In this document: in pieces, positions 62,795 to 64,000 of the stretch
Position numbering within the stretch: the stretch's first letter is position 1
Layout: every line of letters starts with the position of its first letter
From: Candidatus Poribacteria bacterium
GTDB lineage: Bacteria > Poribacteria > WGA-4E > WGA-3G
Direction: 5' to 3'
Length of the DNA: 64,000 nt
Assembly (NCBI GenBank): GCA_964291315.2
Contig: OZ219750.1
Span: forward strand, 320,001-384,000
The notes under the pieces: model-generated
Seen by the model: the letters and a program-made list of their open reading frames with translations, nothing else
Databases searched by the model: none
What the model was told of the DNA's origin: nothing
Position numbers and translations under genes: made by a program

Positions 62795-64000
62795 TCAAGA
62801 GAGGTTCCTGAGCGCTTCAGTATAGACGTGTTGGAGCGGGATGTTATTTCGTTCGGCGACCCGCTTGCAATCTTCATATTCCGGAACTGTTTTGATAACC
62901 GTACCGTTGAGGGACCCGCGTTTTGCTTGGATTACGCCCCACTGCGTTTTGACTTTTACAAGCTCGCGAGCGAGTTTAATGCGATCGGCAGTAGAGAATC
63001 TAACCCCAAAAGTTGTAGTTTCTGTGAGCAGGAGTTCGACGAGTTTATCGCGCTGGTCGGTTGGACAGAGCACGGTAATCTGGGTTGCGGGTCTCCCTTT
63101 TTTCATGAGGATGGGTGTCAAAAACACATCCAGTGCGCCGTTTGCGAGGAGTTGTGTGGTGACGTAGCCGATAATTTCGGGTGACATATCGTCTACATTT
63201 GTTTCGAGGATGTCGACGTTATCAGTTTCAGTGTACTGCTGTTTTTTTTGTAAGGTGCTGTCGGCTGTTTTTTCACCGAGGCAGAGCCGGAGGAGGTTGG
63301 GGCGTTGTTCAAGGTCTCGGGTTCCAGCACCATATCCGACGCGGTCCAGGTTCATCTGCGGCATAACCCCAAATTTTTGTGAGAGTGTCGTAATGAGGGC
63401 TGCTCCTGTCGGCGTAACTAATTCTTTCGGAATGTCGGTTTGTTGTATAGGTAAGCCTTGTAGGAGTTCCATTGTGCTAGGGACAGGGACGGGCATGAGA
63501 CCGTGCGCACATCGGACGAAACCGCTGCCGAGAGAGAGCGGTGATGCATAGACTGCATCTATTTCCAGATATGCTAAACCGATGACTGATCCAACGATAT
63601 CCACGATTGAATCAATTCCGCTGACCTCGTGGAGATGAACGTTTTCTTTAGGGGTATTATGGACCTTCGCTTCTGCCTCAGCGAGGTTATCAAAGACGCG
63701 TTTTGCGGTATCTCGAATTTCCGAATCTAACGTACTCTCGTCGAGCAGTTTGAAGATATCGGAGAGATGCCGATGGGGTCCGTGCTTGTGGTGCGATTTA
63801 GCGAAATTTTCCTGTGTAGAGAGATCCTCGGCGTGAAGTGTGTGGGCTGGGTGTACTTCTACGATGGCTTTGGTACCGGTAATACCGTGTTTTGCCGCTT
63901 TCTCAAAATGTAAGCTGAATTCAGTTTCAAGTTTGAGAGATGCTAATCTGGTTTTTAGGAATTCTGGCGGTACGCCTGCATCAACAAGGGCTCCGAGTGT
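62795..64000 (-). CDS. larC: Nickel pincer cofactor biosynthesis protein LarC (5' end beyond the window)
   Basis: Frame is open to the window edge: LGALVDAG, His-rich segment, AEAKVH...VH.HEV..DSIVDIVG, HG..PVP.P, ETNVDD, MKKGRP, PEYED. Confidence 0.93.
   Translation of the reverse strand, partial: TLGALVDAGVPPEFLKTRLASLKLETEFSLHFEKAAKHGITGTKAIVEVHPAHTLHAEDLSTQENFAKSHHKHGPHRHLSDIFKLLDESTLDSEIRDTAKRVFDNLAEAEAKVHNTPKENVHLHEVSGIDSIVDIVGSVIGLAYLEIDAVYASPLSLGSGFVRCAHGLMPVPVPSTMELLQGLPIQQTDIPKELVTPTGAALITTLSQKFGVMPQMNLDRVGYGAGTRDLEQRPNLLRLCLGEKTADSTLQKKQQYTETDNVDILETNVDDMSPEIIGYVTTQLLANGALDVFLTPILMKKGRPATQITVLCPTDQRDKLVELLLTETTTFGVRFSTADRIKLARELVKVKTQWGVIQAKRGSLNGTVIKTVPEYEDCKRVAERNNIPLQHVYTEALRNLS

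Noticed and set aside
62795-64000. Programmed frameshift or truncation in larC
   Set aside because: The frame is open to the window edge; the short ORF call only reflects the missing start codon.

Overview
Bacterial DNA, most likely Candidatus Poribacteria or a relative (inferred from the PhyH dioxygenases, sulfatases, and LamG/lamin-tail proteins ending in a KLTTxW-like tail). (1) 1-11.5 kb is a defence island. It has two tandem type III mod alleles with different target-recognition regions, each interrupted at a G8 tract, an AT-rich gene with two HEPN-like RxxxxH repeats between them, an intact res gene, and an AAA ATPase/DUF4276-like pair. A type IIG RM gene at 38.9-42.2 kb is interrupted at a G9 tract in the same AGC-Gn-TAATC context. 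(2) 24.4-36 kb has an ECF sigma factor and three paralogous cassettes. Each starts with the same promoter and structured leader, and together they encode secreted peptides, anchored proteins sharing an unnamed helical domain, an STT3-like transferase with an altered motif, a Yip1 protein and a bacteriocin-like peptide. (3) A hidden selenoprotein redoxin (WUGC with a SECIS-like hairpin) lies at 46.6-47.8 kb. (4) A tandem pair of about 950-aa lamin-tail surface proteins, with variable N-termini and near-identical C-termini, lies behind one consensus promoter. The rest is housekeeping and catabolic genes (tgt, murA, tkt, ppk2, larC, sulfatases). All calls were made by eye from motifs; no database search was run.
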